Source: Balanoglossus misakiensis (taxonomy: Eukaryota; Animalia; Hemichordata). From it: 64,000 bases of DNA. Within the stretch, counting starts at the first letter, position 1. The number at the start of each line of letters is the position of its first letter. The notes below the pieces were generated by a model. It was not told the DNA's origin, ran no database searches, and saw nothing but the letters and a program-made list of their open reading frames with translations. Positions 25,690 through 38,088 of the stretch are shown here, in pieces. Location: NCBI GenBank assembly GCA_040954595.2, contig CM082592.2, positions 2,917,462 through 2,981,461 on the forward strand, written 5' to 3'. The position numbers were made by a program, and so were the translations under genes.

Positions 25690-28003
25690 ATGTCGTACAT
25701 GGCACAGTCTCATCGCGATCCATATCCATTCCCTAAACTTCAAAATGATGATAATTTTGTAGGACTTCGACAGACACAGGTGGGTTTTAATTCAATCCAT
25801 TGCATGGTGAACGTGAGCCTTCTGACTTGAAAGATGAAGTGAAGTTGAGAAGTGTGATAGCCTTTACTTCATATTAGTTCATTAACCAAATATGAAAGAT
25901 TTCCACCGATATACACCGTTGCCTCGACACCTGCGTCTCTTCATATCGTTTTTGATGATTTTTACATTTTAAGTCAAGGTGATCATCCCCCATAATGGGT
26001 ATGTTATTTTCATACTTCACCAATAATGTAATTTGGATATAGCTGGTTGTTTGCTGAAGATTAAATGATGCTAAACTTAAAACTTCGAACAGAGGCTAGA
26101 GTCAACATCACAGATTTAATGAGATATGTTCACCTTTGGTATTCAATCTGTACCCACATTTTAAGAAGTTTTGGAAATAGGACGTTTTAAAGCCAGTAGC
26201 AATCCTGATTATGACTTAATGATTATTTTATTGCTACAGCAAGAAGCCTACAGTGACCCCACACATTTATCACAGCAACAAGATCCATGGAATAGACTTA
26301 ATGCAACATGTACATTGGCAAGTTCAAGAAGAGAAGTTTATCATTACGACCCTAAGGTACTACACTGTTTGTTATATTTATTTTAAACATATCGTCAAGG
26401 ACACTGTGGTCCCAACTAAGGATTTAATACAAAGAAATAGGTATACATCACATGTGACATTGACAAGCAGATATGACCTCTAGTATTTACAAATTGAAAA
26501 TGTAAAAAGAACACACCAAATTAAGTGTCATGGCAATCTTAGGAATATTCCTACCAAATTTCAAACCAATCAAACAAGCAGTTTCAAAGAAAACAATGTT
26601 TGTTCAAAAGTGACAATAACACAAATATGCAACTATAATCATATTTGTACAAAATCTTACTTCAATCACCACAAGACATATGTCTACCAAATGAAAGTTC
26701 AAAGCAATCAGACAGGCAGTTTCAAAGAGAACAATTTTTCATGAAAAATTGCAAAATTTCCCAAATAACATAAATATGCAAATTTCACCAAAGTTTTACA
26801 ACATCTTACTTGGGTTACCCCTACAAATGTAGGAACATGCCTACCAAATTTCAAAATGTTTTGTTGACAAAAATGGCCCCATAAGTTTTGCAAATCATCA
26901 GCAACCTGCAAGCTGAATTTCAATGCCAAATTTTGAGTTATGACCATTTTCCCTTTTTTTTTCAGTTTAACATTTCCATATTTTGGTACAGACAATTCAT
27001 GTGAAACTGAAAATAAGCCCTTCTACAGTCCAAATATCAAAGTGATATGTGCAGTGGTTCTCAAATTTCTGCAGTGGATGGGTGGACAGACAGACACTGA
27101 CTGATCCCATAAGTTTCCCTGGTAGCATCTAACAATTGGGATGGAAGAGAATTAATATGTGACTGTATTTGACATACATTTAATTCTTGTTTTTCTCAAG
27201 GCACCGAGGGACAGTCTTGATTTTGTGCTGAAGACCAAGTATGACCATCATAACGCATTCCTGGCAACAAAACCAGAAACACTTATACAGCCAGAAACAG
27301 TGGGAGCTGAGCATGGGTAGGTACAGGCTACACGTATCAACTGCTGGAATTTTTACAACCAAAAACCATTCTTTCTTTCTTTGTGCCTATATAGCCAAGT
27401 AAACTTTTTTGTATCATAGAAGGAAGTTGGATAAGCTAGAAATATGACATCAAGACAACAGCAGCACACAGATAGTCATTTTTAACTGGCTATTCAGAGT
27501 AGCCTGAGATCTGGCTCAAATGTGATTTTACATCAGGTCAAAGAAAATGCAGTTGCTGATATAATTTCAGGGGGGGGGGGGGGGGCAGAAAACACCCATA
27601 AAGTTTTTACTTTTCACATACTAGTAATTTACAGCTGTTTACACATTTAGCTATACAGATCTTTTGATTCATCAACAAGATCTTGGTATTTACACAAAGT
27701 AATATCACAAATTACCTAGTACATGTAGTGATAATTAATATCCAATACATGTATAAAAAAACTTAGTTTTTATCTGGTACTTGTTGGTTGATATCCTATT
27801 ACAGACGAGTGTTAAAGAACAGAGCAGTACAAGCAGAGAAGACTTCTGCTGGTGGCTCCAAACCAACCCCATTAGGTAATGTTATAGTTGATCCTAAAAG
27901 AGAAACAATTGACTGTTTCAAAGGAGCCATTGAGAGCCACCATAGCGCAGCTACCAACCCGGGATATTCCAGAAAACATGATGGTGGATTCTATACAACG
28001 TAA
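25690..28003 (+). CDS. CFAP276: Cilia- and flagella-associated protein 276 (C1orf194 homologue), 4 exons, 173 aa
   Basis: Exons 25690-25779, 26240-26356, 27201-27316, 27805-28003 (522 nt, in frame). The protein has [46 protein letters not shown] and the C-terminus [20 protein letters not shown]. These match recalled human C1orf194 (PTHLAQQQEPWSRLN, HTAATNGGYSRKKDGGFFST). Confidence 0.93.
26440..27140. mobile_element. Degenerate HINE/DINE-like repeat; short relative at 53600-53782
   Basis: Repeated ctaccaaatttca motifs; ends (gaca)n-actgactgatcccataag..ccctggta, as at 53725-53755. Confidence 0.6.
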
Positions 28004-30614
28004 ATGCTGTTTTCTCATTATGCAATACGTCTGGAACTTTTTCGAGTGGACCAAGAAAATACAATAAAATGTTCTTTTGTGTTGTACGTTGGCAGTCCCA
28101 ATGGGTTTGGATTCTCCACAGTGTAATATATTTTATCAAAACATAGTAACTCCTATACATTTATTGACTATAGGATTTTAGCCATCTTCAATGCTTTTTT
28201 CACAATAGGCGGCCTAACGCACTCATTTTTTTACATTGGATGTATTCCTGCACTTTTTTATCTGTCTTTTGTTGTTGCTTTTTGGTGTAACCCTGGTGGT
28301 AAATGTAGTTGCAATTTTCATTCATTCTGTTCGACAAAATTGCATTCAAGTGCAACACAGGTGTTGATTGTACAAAATTATTCTCATCAGCTAAATGCAG
28401 AATCATGGTTGAAATTACAGTAAATGACAAGCTTTGTTGAATGTAGATGGTCCAGGAAAGCTGGTAATTAAAAGTATTGCACGATTTTCATAATCTGAAT
28501 GCTGAACCTGTGTATGTATAAACATAGCAGTCTGAAGGGATTGAAATTGAATTGTGAAGTAATATGGGTCAATTGCATACAAAATACAAATTGTAAGTGC
28601 TGATGTGTATCATGATGTTGAAATGGAAATGATGATGATTGTTCATGTGGGACGCATACATGCATGCACAACACTTCAAAGCAAGGTCACAGCCAGTACT
28701 TTCTCTTATTTGTGTCTCCTAAGTGCATTTCTCCTGAAATGGGAATGCGGTGATGCACAATCGTTCACATGGGACACCTATAAACACAAGGTTGCAGTTA
28801 TACATTGAATAGGGATGAATGGCTAGTGTTCGTGTAAATTGTCAACTCCTCCACAGCCAGCGATACAGACTACCGTTAATTCTGAAGTAGTTTCAGCTAT
28901 GCAGCGATTGATTGGAGATAATTCACGTGGCGCCCCATTTTGTATAATGTGTTAAACTCACTACAAGTTCTGACAGTTGTGCACACACCTCGTGGCTGCT
29001 TCGTACCACTGTTTTCTTAGTTTTCATTCAAACACATACAGATATATGTAGTATGTACATGTATATGTATTTTGTAGCTTAATCATGGCCAAAGGTTCAA
29101 TTTGTACAATGATATTTTGAACTTTTCAGAAATCACCATCATATGACATAACCTGTGCTGTCATATCTTGTGGCAATGAAGTCAAACTCTGTAAATGAAA
29201 ATGAGAGAAAAAAAAGATTACCTGACTTTTGCGTGTCCTGGCCAAACTTGACCTTCATGTAATTACTTCTGCAAATTGTGCCTTATTCTGACTTGATATT
29301 TTGCATTGTTTTGATTAATTAATTGTGCTTCCTTTGCAAATGTATTCATGTACAAGGGGAAGGTTGGTGATGGGATGGTGCAAATGAAGTAAGCTAAATG
29401 ATGGCCGGGGTGGGGGTGGGAGGTGGGGGGGGGGGGGGGTGTTATAGAAGTGAGAGGCATTTCTGTTGTCATATATTTGCCTTAAATTTTAATAGCAAAT
29501 GACTAATAACATCAGCATTTTCATACCAATTTTGAGAAAGAATGGAAAATCATGTATTTTAATGTAAAAGGGGCACAGTCGTAGACTGAATAATTTTTAA
29601 AATATCTTTTTAATCCAAACAATTGCATGCATCTGTGACCTCAGTCACTTCTAATCAACATTCAATGTCTGTGACAGGCACTAGTCAATTAACCTCATCT
29701 TTTGGCAGCTGACATCAAATAATTTACGGCCATTTTAATGTACAATAAAATACACAATGGTGATTCTAAATAAATTGTTCAGTTATACAGTGTGCCTTTT
29801 TTATTTGGATAGCACCAGGGATAGCACCTTTCTGTAGATTTTTCTATGCATGTAAATAGGGAAATGTTACTGCAGTGCCTGTTTGGAATCTATTGCTATT
29901 AAAGAATTAAATTACATCGCTTCAGCTGTGGTGAGCGTATACATTTTTTTTCTTGTACCAGACATCTATGTTTTATGTTGTAAAGCTATAAAAAGAATTC
30001 GAGCTATAAATTTTAATCAGCTAGCAAAATATGGAGTGCTTGAGGTTTGGGTGGAGGGAATAGCTATGAAACCAAAACATTGTTCAACCATTGTGAAATT
30101 TTTGCAAGTGAAGCAAAGAATAGATTTTGGGAACAAGAAATTAACCAACTTACACACCCAACATAAAATGAGAACCAAACACAAAAATTGCAAAATACAC
30201 CCCCCAAAAATTGATCTGTGGACCCTGTTTTATACTTTACTTTACAATTGACCAAGTATAGAAAAACGAGCAAAAAATCTTGAATATTTACACTTAACCA
30301 CAAATTTCGCCAAAACTGACCCTCCCATATTTTAAGTTGATTTAACTAGTCTTAAATCTTGTTAGGAAGGAGTCTGTAGAATGTCGATATTTCATATGAT
30401 TTTATATTTGGGGTTTCATATTATGTGAGCAACTACCTAGGTAAATGTTTGCTTTCTTAAATAACAGAAGTATATTGTAAATACAGAGTATCAGTATATA
30501 CACTTCACGAGCTTACATGAATCGGTGGTTCAATAAAAATGAAAACCAAACCTGAAGACTGGAGTTGAAATATTTCATTTTAATTAAAACATGGTATCGA
30601 CACTCACTGGTACT

Positions 30615-30805
30615 TTAAAGGTATACAGTCACCTCCAATTTACATACGCCCATATTTGGCTGAAATGGCGTATTTTAGCGTTCTAAGGAACATATGGTGG
30701 CACTCTTTTTTTGCGTGTGCCACCCACTGAAAATCTGTGATTGGCTAGATCTCAATTCGGCAGGGCAACTGTAGCTAATTTTCCATAGGTGACCGTATGC
30801 CTTGA
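30615..30805. mobile_element. ~190-bp dispersed element; inverted copy at 60438-60633, partial at 59283-59450
   Basis: ttaaaggtatacagtcacctccaatttacatacgcccata... matches the reverse complement of 60438-60633. Confidence 0.8.
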
Positions 30806-32235
30806 ATTGCTTCAGCATGAAGGAAAGTGTTAACTCCAACGCACACAAGACTGGCAGTGTAGAATTACAATTCTATCAACTTCAACTAATGAGCAATAGG
30901 AATTGAGTCATGTTTCTTTGAAATGACAATGCATGCTTACAAAGCCACCATAGGTGGCAGTGCATCACACCAATATTTTTTTCTGTCGTACTGCAAAAGC
31001 AAACATATTTTTTTCCACTGTTCGACGAGGACATTTCTTGTCAAAATATCCTGCAGTTTCCCTTGGAGATATCAAAAAACAACAACTGATAAATAGAGAG
31101 AATTTAATCCAACAATAATGTAGTGCCATATGCAACAGGTGGTTGATACAGTGTGTCTGTCCGTCCATCCTCTTCCAAAACTTGAGAACCGTCGTACATA
31201 TCAACTGGTGTAACAACTTTGGTCTTATGGAGGAATGTATTGATGTACACAGCCATAATTTTTGGATGCCTTTAAAATTAGAAAAAAACATTGCCCAGAC
31301 CTACCGGGTATAGTTTGCTCATACACCTATGCTATTTTTGGAAAGAATATTTTCAAGACCTAAATTAACTGGTTTATATCATACTCTACCAAAGTGACCC
31401 CTATATGGTAATGTCGATTTTTATAACATGTACAAAGGAGAATGTACATGTAGTTCCTTATTCAAAGAAATTCCATTTATTACTTTCAACTATGCCCACC
31501 TTAAATTAATGGACATTAAAGTGAGATTCTACTAAATTTCAACTGTAAACTTTATGAAGAGCCCTTGCAGAAATAAAAATCATAAATCATAAAAAATGTG
31601 TCACAGAAATGTCCACAAATCAAAACCAGCAGTCTTTAAATATTGTCAAGTGCTGATTTCTTGTCTTTTACTGCAGCTTTTCATTGTTAATTGTGGCAGC
31701 CATTTAGCAATGTTTATTATATTTTTTATTGTTTACCGGTAGATGATTAAATTAAGACATTGCCAGGTACGAACTACCTTCCTGCAAAGTTGCAAATGAT
31801 CAAATGACTATAATACAATCTTCAGTGACTACATATTCAGGATCAATTTTCTGTAGTGATAAAAGTCTGTCCATTGATGACCCTAACTATTTCATTTACC
31901 TGAGCTAGTGACCTCATGGCCCCATTATTTCTAATGTATGTGTAAGCCTTACATGGCTATTATAGAACCTGACTTTTATGTATAACCTCATCTGAAAGCC
32001 AGATCCCCAGTGTGTGCACATATATGCACGCAACAGGGTGGAACAGAATCAGACCTTTACTGACATCTTCCCAACATGTAGTCTTATCGTTGCTTAATTT
32101 GTACAGTGCCATTACCTAAATGACTGCAGTATCTAGGATATCTGTTACAATAGCGTTGGATATAACCTCCTGATAATTTGTCTTGTATGAGATTCAGAAT
32201 AGCAAGAAGTTTAAGAATTAACTGATGTGTTTTAA

Positions 32236-32653
32236 AGCCTCCAGAGCTGCCACCTTTTGCATTATTTTCATGATTTTATTTTCCAACTTAAATTGGTCCA
32301 TCTAAATAAGCATACTGATAGGTATACATGAACACCTTATCGATGCTCGATTGTGACTGCATGTTGCAATTTGAACACGCTATGTATTTAAACGGTGTCG
32401 CACCGATTTAATCTGCCTCCATACAAACAGTACACAGCTATCGTGGTATGCGTCGCCAAGAGATGACAAACTGATGCAAATGCAAGTAATATGGCTTAAT
32501 GGTGAGGATTTTAGAGGATAAGGCATATATTTGATGAATTTTATAAGTGTTATTTGATATACTATCAGGAAATATCATTTAATAAACAGAATTAAAAGCA
32601 TATCTCAGATTATTTAAAGCTTAAATTTTATATCCAGTTGCAGCCTATGGCCT
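32236..32653. mobile_element. TTAA-flanked element related to 41696-42199
   Basis: Shared right end attaaaagcatat...atccagttgcagc..gcctttaa. Confidence 0.7.
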
Positions 32654-35226
32654 TTAATTAAACATATGAGGATGTTAATGTTTTATTTACATAAACTTCA
32701 ATTGGGTTTTTTTCACACGAAAGCCAAGCACAGTTGTTGCAAAGATTTTCCATGACAGCCACGCCATTCTCTATAAAACACTTTTTAATTGGCTGCACAT
32801 TTTTCACCTAGATTAACATTTAAAGATTCAGCTAAAATATACTGTAACCATAGTGCATATAATTGGAAATGTTTACATCAGTAATATTTTAAATAGTGAA
32901 TTCACACTTCCAGGTAAATTAGATAAAAAACATAATAGCTAAAAACGTGAAGTTCACAATGAAAACAATCTTTAAAAAAAATCTTTACATATATGTAGGT
33001 AGGTGCATAGGTTTTCATGAAAAATTACAATTGCCACATGAATCTCGTTATATTTTCAGTATCTCCACAATTATAATTTTTTACATCGATTAATATATTT
33101 TAGAAAAGATTTTTTCAATGGAACATAATTCACTGAAGATGCTGAAAAGAATAATTTGAAAATACAATCTTTGAAGAAAATAAAATGTGCTGTCAAGTTT
33201 AATAGTGTACAAATAAGTGGCAATACAATACTGCTTTACATTACAAGGAACAAAGGATTGGTGGTTTGGACTAAAGTATTATTATACTGGTAAATTAACT
33301 GATCAAATAAAATAATTGGCTCTAAATTAATCTGGGAGTAGACCACAAATTGTCGCGCATAATGTATGTTTAAACTCCCTTCAATTCTTGAATCACTGGT
33401 AATTCAATTTTGGAGTAGGAAAACAAATACATTATCACTCAATTTTGATTCTGAAGTATTTGTATTGTTGAAATTTCAAATCCAATCAAATTTAAATTAC
33501 ACCTAATTCAACCAAATAAAAGAAATTGGAATGGATGTATTTATCAAATAAATTTGTGCAATTTGTCAGTTGAAGTGAGAATATATTACAAATTGAATCT
33601 TCAACTTATTCAAGGAATAGACTTTAAGATAGCGCCATGGTTAATATATGCCATCTTGTCGGTATCATGCACTATTTACAGTCGATCACTGTAACATGTA
33701 CCGTATACTAGCGAAGCCTGCTAGTTCATTTTCTCAATACTTTATGAAGCATACGCTACCAATGATGGAGAGAGGGCAGGCAAAATGTATGTATGCCACA
33801 GGCAATTACATATTATGTAGATAATGGCATTTGTCTTTCAATATGTTCAGCTTTGTTTATATCTTTTAAGTGTTTTATAAAACGTGATGATGTTGAGATC
33901 TAGTTCATCCGTGCAACCAAGTGTGAATTCATTTGGGTGTATAACAAATTGTACCAGCATTCATCCATATTGGATACCTATTTTAGTTTTGGATTTCCTC
34001 ATTCGGTTACCATGTGAACATAGAGTAATATGCATGGTTGAACACGGCAACATGACTTCTCCACCTGAGACCCCCCAATCTCTTGCTAGCCTACTAGTAT
34101 TTCCTGACCAACTGGTATGAAAATTTAGATCTTAAAGTTGAGTTTAGCTCATATACATCTGTCTGTGTTACTTAGATGACATATTTCAAAAGAAAAGACA
34201 TCATTTGCTTTTTTTGTGGAAAGAAATATGAATTTCATCTCACCAATTACCAACCAAATTTTTCCAAAGAAAACTTATTTTAAAAGGCAAATTATAATTC
34301 AAGTATGGAGAACAGAAAACAGCAAAAATGTCGATTTAAAAATATATTTTTCTTCAGAACTAATGTGACACACATTTTTCATCTCTGTTCTAATTCTCAG
34401 AAATGCTAAAAAAATATATATTTATATTACGGTAATCCATATTACTAAATAATCCACATTCTGTAAAATATTAATCATTTATATTGAAAATCTAGATTAC
34501 ATTTTCTCCAATTACATTACATCTACTTATCGCATTCCACGTAATTAAATTCTGAAACATATTTGATTCTGTAGGAGATTTTGAAAGTTGATTGTGTTGA
34601 ACTTTGAAAAGGAAAGAATGTTTTGAAAGCAAAACAGGACACCAATATTCCCCCAAATTCGCCATTAGATAATTATACCGCACATTTTGAAAGGTACCCT
34701 AATAGCACGAGCAAAGTAGATTTCACTGTAGCTAAGAACATGAGGGATGAGATGGAAAGTCTATGTTGATATTGTAATCTATAGCCTGTCTGGGTAATCT
34801 CATTTTTTGTAGGGATGTCCACTCATAATGCAAATGCAAGGTTAATCTCATTCCCTGTCTGCTCAAAATGAAGAAAATTTAATCATTTATTCTAATGATA
34901 CTACAAGATTAGAAATATTTGTACCAGTTACTGTAACTTAAAACAGTGAAAATTTGGGATTTTAATTTTTTTCTCCTTTTTAATGTAGTACTCAATCCCA
35001 TATAGTGACTGCCTGCATACATACCTGGGGAGGGAAATGTGAGTTGTATGCAGTGTGACGTGTGAACACATGCTACTGACTCTCATTACATTTTCAATCT
35101 TTCTGTTGGAGTGTTTACTACAGTATACTCAGCGCAGCTATATTCAAGGTTATCTGCGGAACTCAACAGAATTTTTCAGGTATTTGGATAGAGACTGTGT
35201 TTTGACATTTTTTTTGGTCCAAAAAA

Positions 35227-36306
35227 ATGTCAAATTTTAGTAGTCTTTGGGAAAATGAGACTAACGTGACAAACAACTGGACTGATGTTGGACGTCCACT
35301 GAGAGCTTCATCATTCACATCGACCGCCGCAGCTCTACTGATTATATTGCTGATTGTCGGAGCGTGTGGTCATTCCCTGGTGGTGATGACAATCGTGCGC
35401 AAGAAACGACTGCGGACGTTCAGCTATGCCTTCATCGCCAGCATCAGTTGCACCAACATTGTCTTCGTCCTCTTTGTCATCCTCCCAACAATCGACACAT
35501 TCTTGAACCGCAAGTGGAGAATCGGGCACGGCAGCTGTCTGATGCAGATCTATCTCAAACCCAGCCTCATCAGTATTGTGCTCTGGCACTACACGCTGCT
35601 CTCCATCAACCGCTACACTTTCCATGTATTTAATAACAAGTATTCAACGATTACAAGAAGGGCCTCCATGTGTGCTGCCTTAACTTTTGCCTGGACATTT
35701 CCATCTGTTATAACACTGATTCCATTCATCATGGCATTGCAATCCATGTCCTACAGTCCCCTGGTCTTTTTATGTATTCCCTCCGAAGGATATGGTAAAG
35801 TAGGAATTATTGTTCCGCTTGTCAATATGGTCATTCCCAGCATTTCTGTGTCTTCGCTGACATTTCTCATCTTTCAACACTATCACAAAAAGCGGAAAAT
35901 CATCCAGCCGGCATCCAACACCAACCAAGTACAGATCACCCTGAATGTACCACGGCTCAGCACGCATGAAACTCAATTTCTTAAAACCTCAGCGGTGACA
36001 TTTTCCCTGACTGTGGCAAGTTATATACCGTATCACATCTTGCTTAACGTCGACCCAAACGTCTGGCTGCCCGACGCCTGGATTTTAGCCAACGTCTGGC
36101 TGTTTGCTGTCAATTGCCTTGTTCCTGTCGTCCACGGTGCTATGAATAACCGTTTCCAAGAAGCGTACATTGAACTGTTATTGTGCGGGCTGTGTAAGCC
36201 AATTGACGATGTCACTACTTTGCCGAGAGAAGGGCGATCGCGAACAATGGCAATGAACACACGACTTAACAGCGCTCATCACTTAACTGTTATCGAGATA
36301 CCTTAA
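35227..36306 (+). CDS. Single-coding-exon class A (rhodopsin-family) orphan GPCR, melatonin-receptor/GPR84-like NRY type, 359 aa
   Basis: Uninterrupted ORF, N-glycosylation sequons at the N-terminus, seven hydrophobic segments, WRIGHGSC loop, SINRY at the end of TM3, SYIP in TM6, MNNRFQEAY helix 8 followed by cysteines. Confidence 0.9.
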   Translation: MSNFSSLWENETNVTNNWTDVGRPLRASSFTSTAAALLIILLIVGACGHSLVVMTIVRKKRLRTFSYAFIASISCTNIVFVLFVILPTIDTFLNRKWRIGHGSCLMQIYLKPSLISIVLWHYTLLSINRYTFHVFNNKYSTITRRASMCAALTFAWTFPSVITLIPFIMALQSMSYSPLVFLCIPSEGYGKVGIIVPLVNMVIPSISVSSLTFLIFQHYHKKRKIIQPASNTNQVQITLNVPRLSTHETQFLKTSAVTFSLTVASYIPYHILLNVDPNVWLPDAWILANVWLFAVNCLVPVVHGAMNNRFQEAYIELLLCGLCKPIDDVTTLPREGRSRTMAMNTRLNSAHHLTVIEIP

Positions 36307-37919
36307 ACGGCAAAAATATGATACGTCACGCTTTCATATCTGATAATATTTTGTGTCGTACAGACCATCAAGCTATCGAGCACAGACTACAAAAAATCAG
36401 CTTGTATTATTCTCTTGACAAAACCATCTACTTTGAATATTCTGAAATACAGCATGTCTTCTGCAAAGCCGTATACATCATTTTTCTGTGACGAACATTA
36501 ATGAGGTCTATCACCTCTCAGTATTAATGTTGTGAGTAAAATACACACCATGGGCAAACATAGTGTATGGGTCATTGACATGTAATAATTGCTGTTCTTT
36601 ATAATGCTTCATCACTCAAATCACGTGGATAATTAGGTTTCAACTTCACAAGTAGGAATATACAATGAATGCCGATCAGATATACATGGACATTTGAAAA
36701 CAGCCTCTTTAGCACGGATTACAGTCATTTTCATCCGTCGTGATGTCAGTAATTTCACGACAACTGCCGTTGTGTATTTCCTGTTATTTGCAACATTTTG
36801 TCACAAAGTGTAAAATCAGTATTCCTTCATCTTAAATTAGCAGATTGTATCTAGGCTCTGATGTAATATACACATCTCGAAAACAACTGCAATTTGTTCT
36901 ACAGTGAGTTCTCCACCCTGTCAGCTGACACTACACTGAAGCTAAAATGCCCTTTTTACGTGATTCTTGAATTACGATTTCTTCTTAAATGCTCTTTTCA
37001 CTGCAAACGGTTTGCAATATCAATACTGCCATCACTACACGTAATTGTATAAACAGCAAAATCTTTTCTGTAATGTTTTTGAAGATCACGAAGTGTTTGT
37101 ATTCAAAATACGACATTTTTTGCATGCAGCCTTGACCCTTTCACGCTTATAAGTTAAATAATGATTTCCTTTGTCTAGTTCAATGACATGTCACTTCCTT
37201 TGCACTTAATAATAATTTCCTTGATCCAGCTGGTTACTCACTACCACTTGCCCAAAATCATTCTTTTTCATTATTACACACACTGTTTTTGTATGATGTT
37301 TTATATATATCACAGACATGTCAGTTTTCAAATGACATCATAATCACTTCAGTGATGGATGCTGTTTTGTATACATGCATGTCGTGACTCTATTGAATAT
37401 ATATATTGAGGTAACGCTTGGACAGTTATGATGACATTACTGATGTGTTTATTTATGTCTGCGCAAAATAATAATATATGACTTGATTATTCAAATGTCC
37501 CAGCAAAAATAAATTAATTTCTACAATTACTGGACAAATTTCTAATCAGTTTCTAAACCAAACAATTTTTTAAATGTAAAACTAAATTTTTAGTTAAATA
37601 ATTTTCTTACATTTTTGCATATATAACATGATTTGGAATTTTTATCCATACAGGTATGTTTTAACCATCTAAACTTATCGAACATGTGTCATTAAATATT
37701 GTCAAGGTGATTAATACACTACACAAATTATTGGTGAATACAGAATGTGGATGTAGTTGTAGAAAAATCAAATCTATTCTGCTTAGTTCCATACATTGCA
37801 GTATAAACCATTTTATGGTATCAATAGGGTGATGTGCCCTATCAGTCAATATGACACACCACTATTTTTGATAAAAAAAATAGTTTCTGATGTAATATGT
37901 GAAGGTAAAAAGGCTGCCA

Positions 37920-38088
37920 CAAAGAAAATTTTTGAAATTCTCAGAATGAGAAAAAAAATGATTTTTAAAAATCATGTTTGTTAGAGGGCAGACTGGTTTG
38001 AGCCGCAAAGAATATTTTTGAAATTCTCAAATCGAGAAAAAAATAAGATTTAAAAAAATCATGTTTGTTAGAAGGCAGACTGGTTTGG
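37920..38088. repeat. Tandem duplication of a ~87-bp unit
   Basis: tttttgaaattctca...aaaaatcatgtttgttaga.ggcagactggtttg occurs twice. Confidence 0.85.

Noticed and set aside
28010-35200. Hidden gene between CFAP276 and the GPCR
   Set aside because: Only short low-complexity ORFs and repeats; no chain of phase-consistent exons found.
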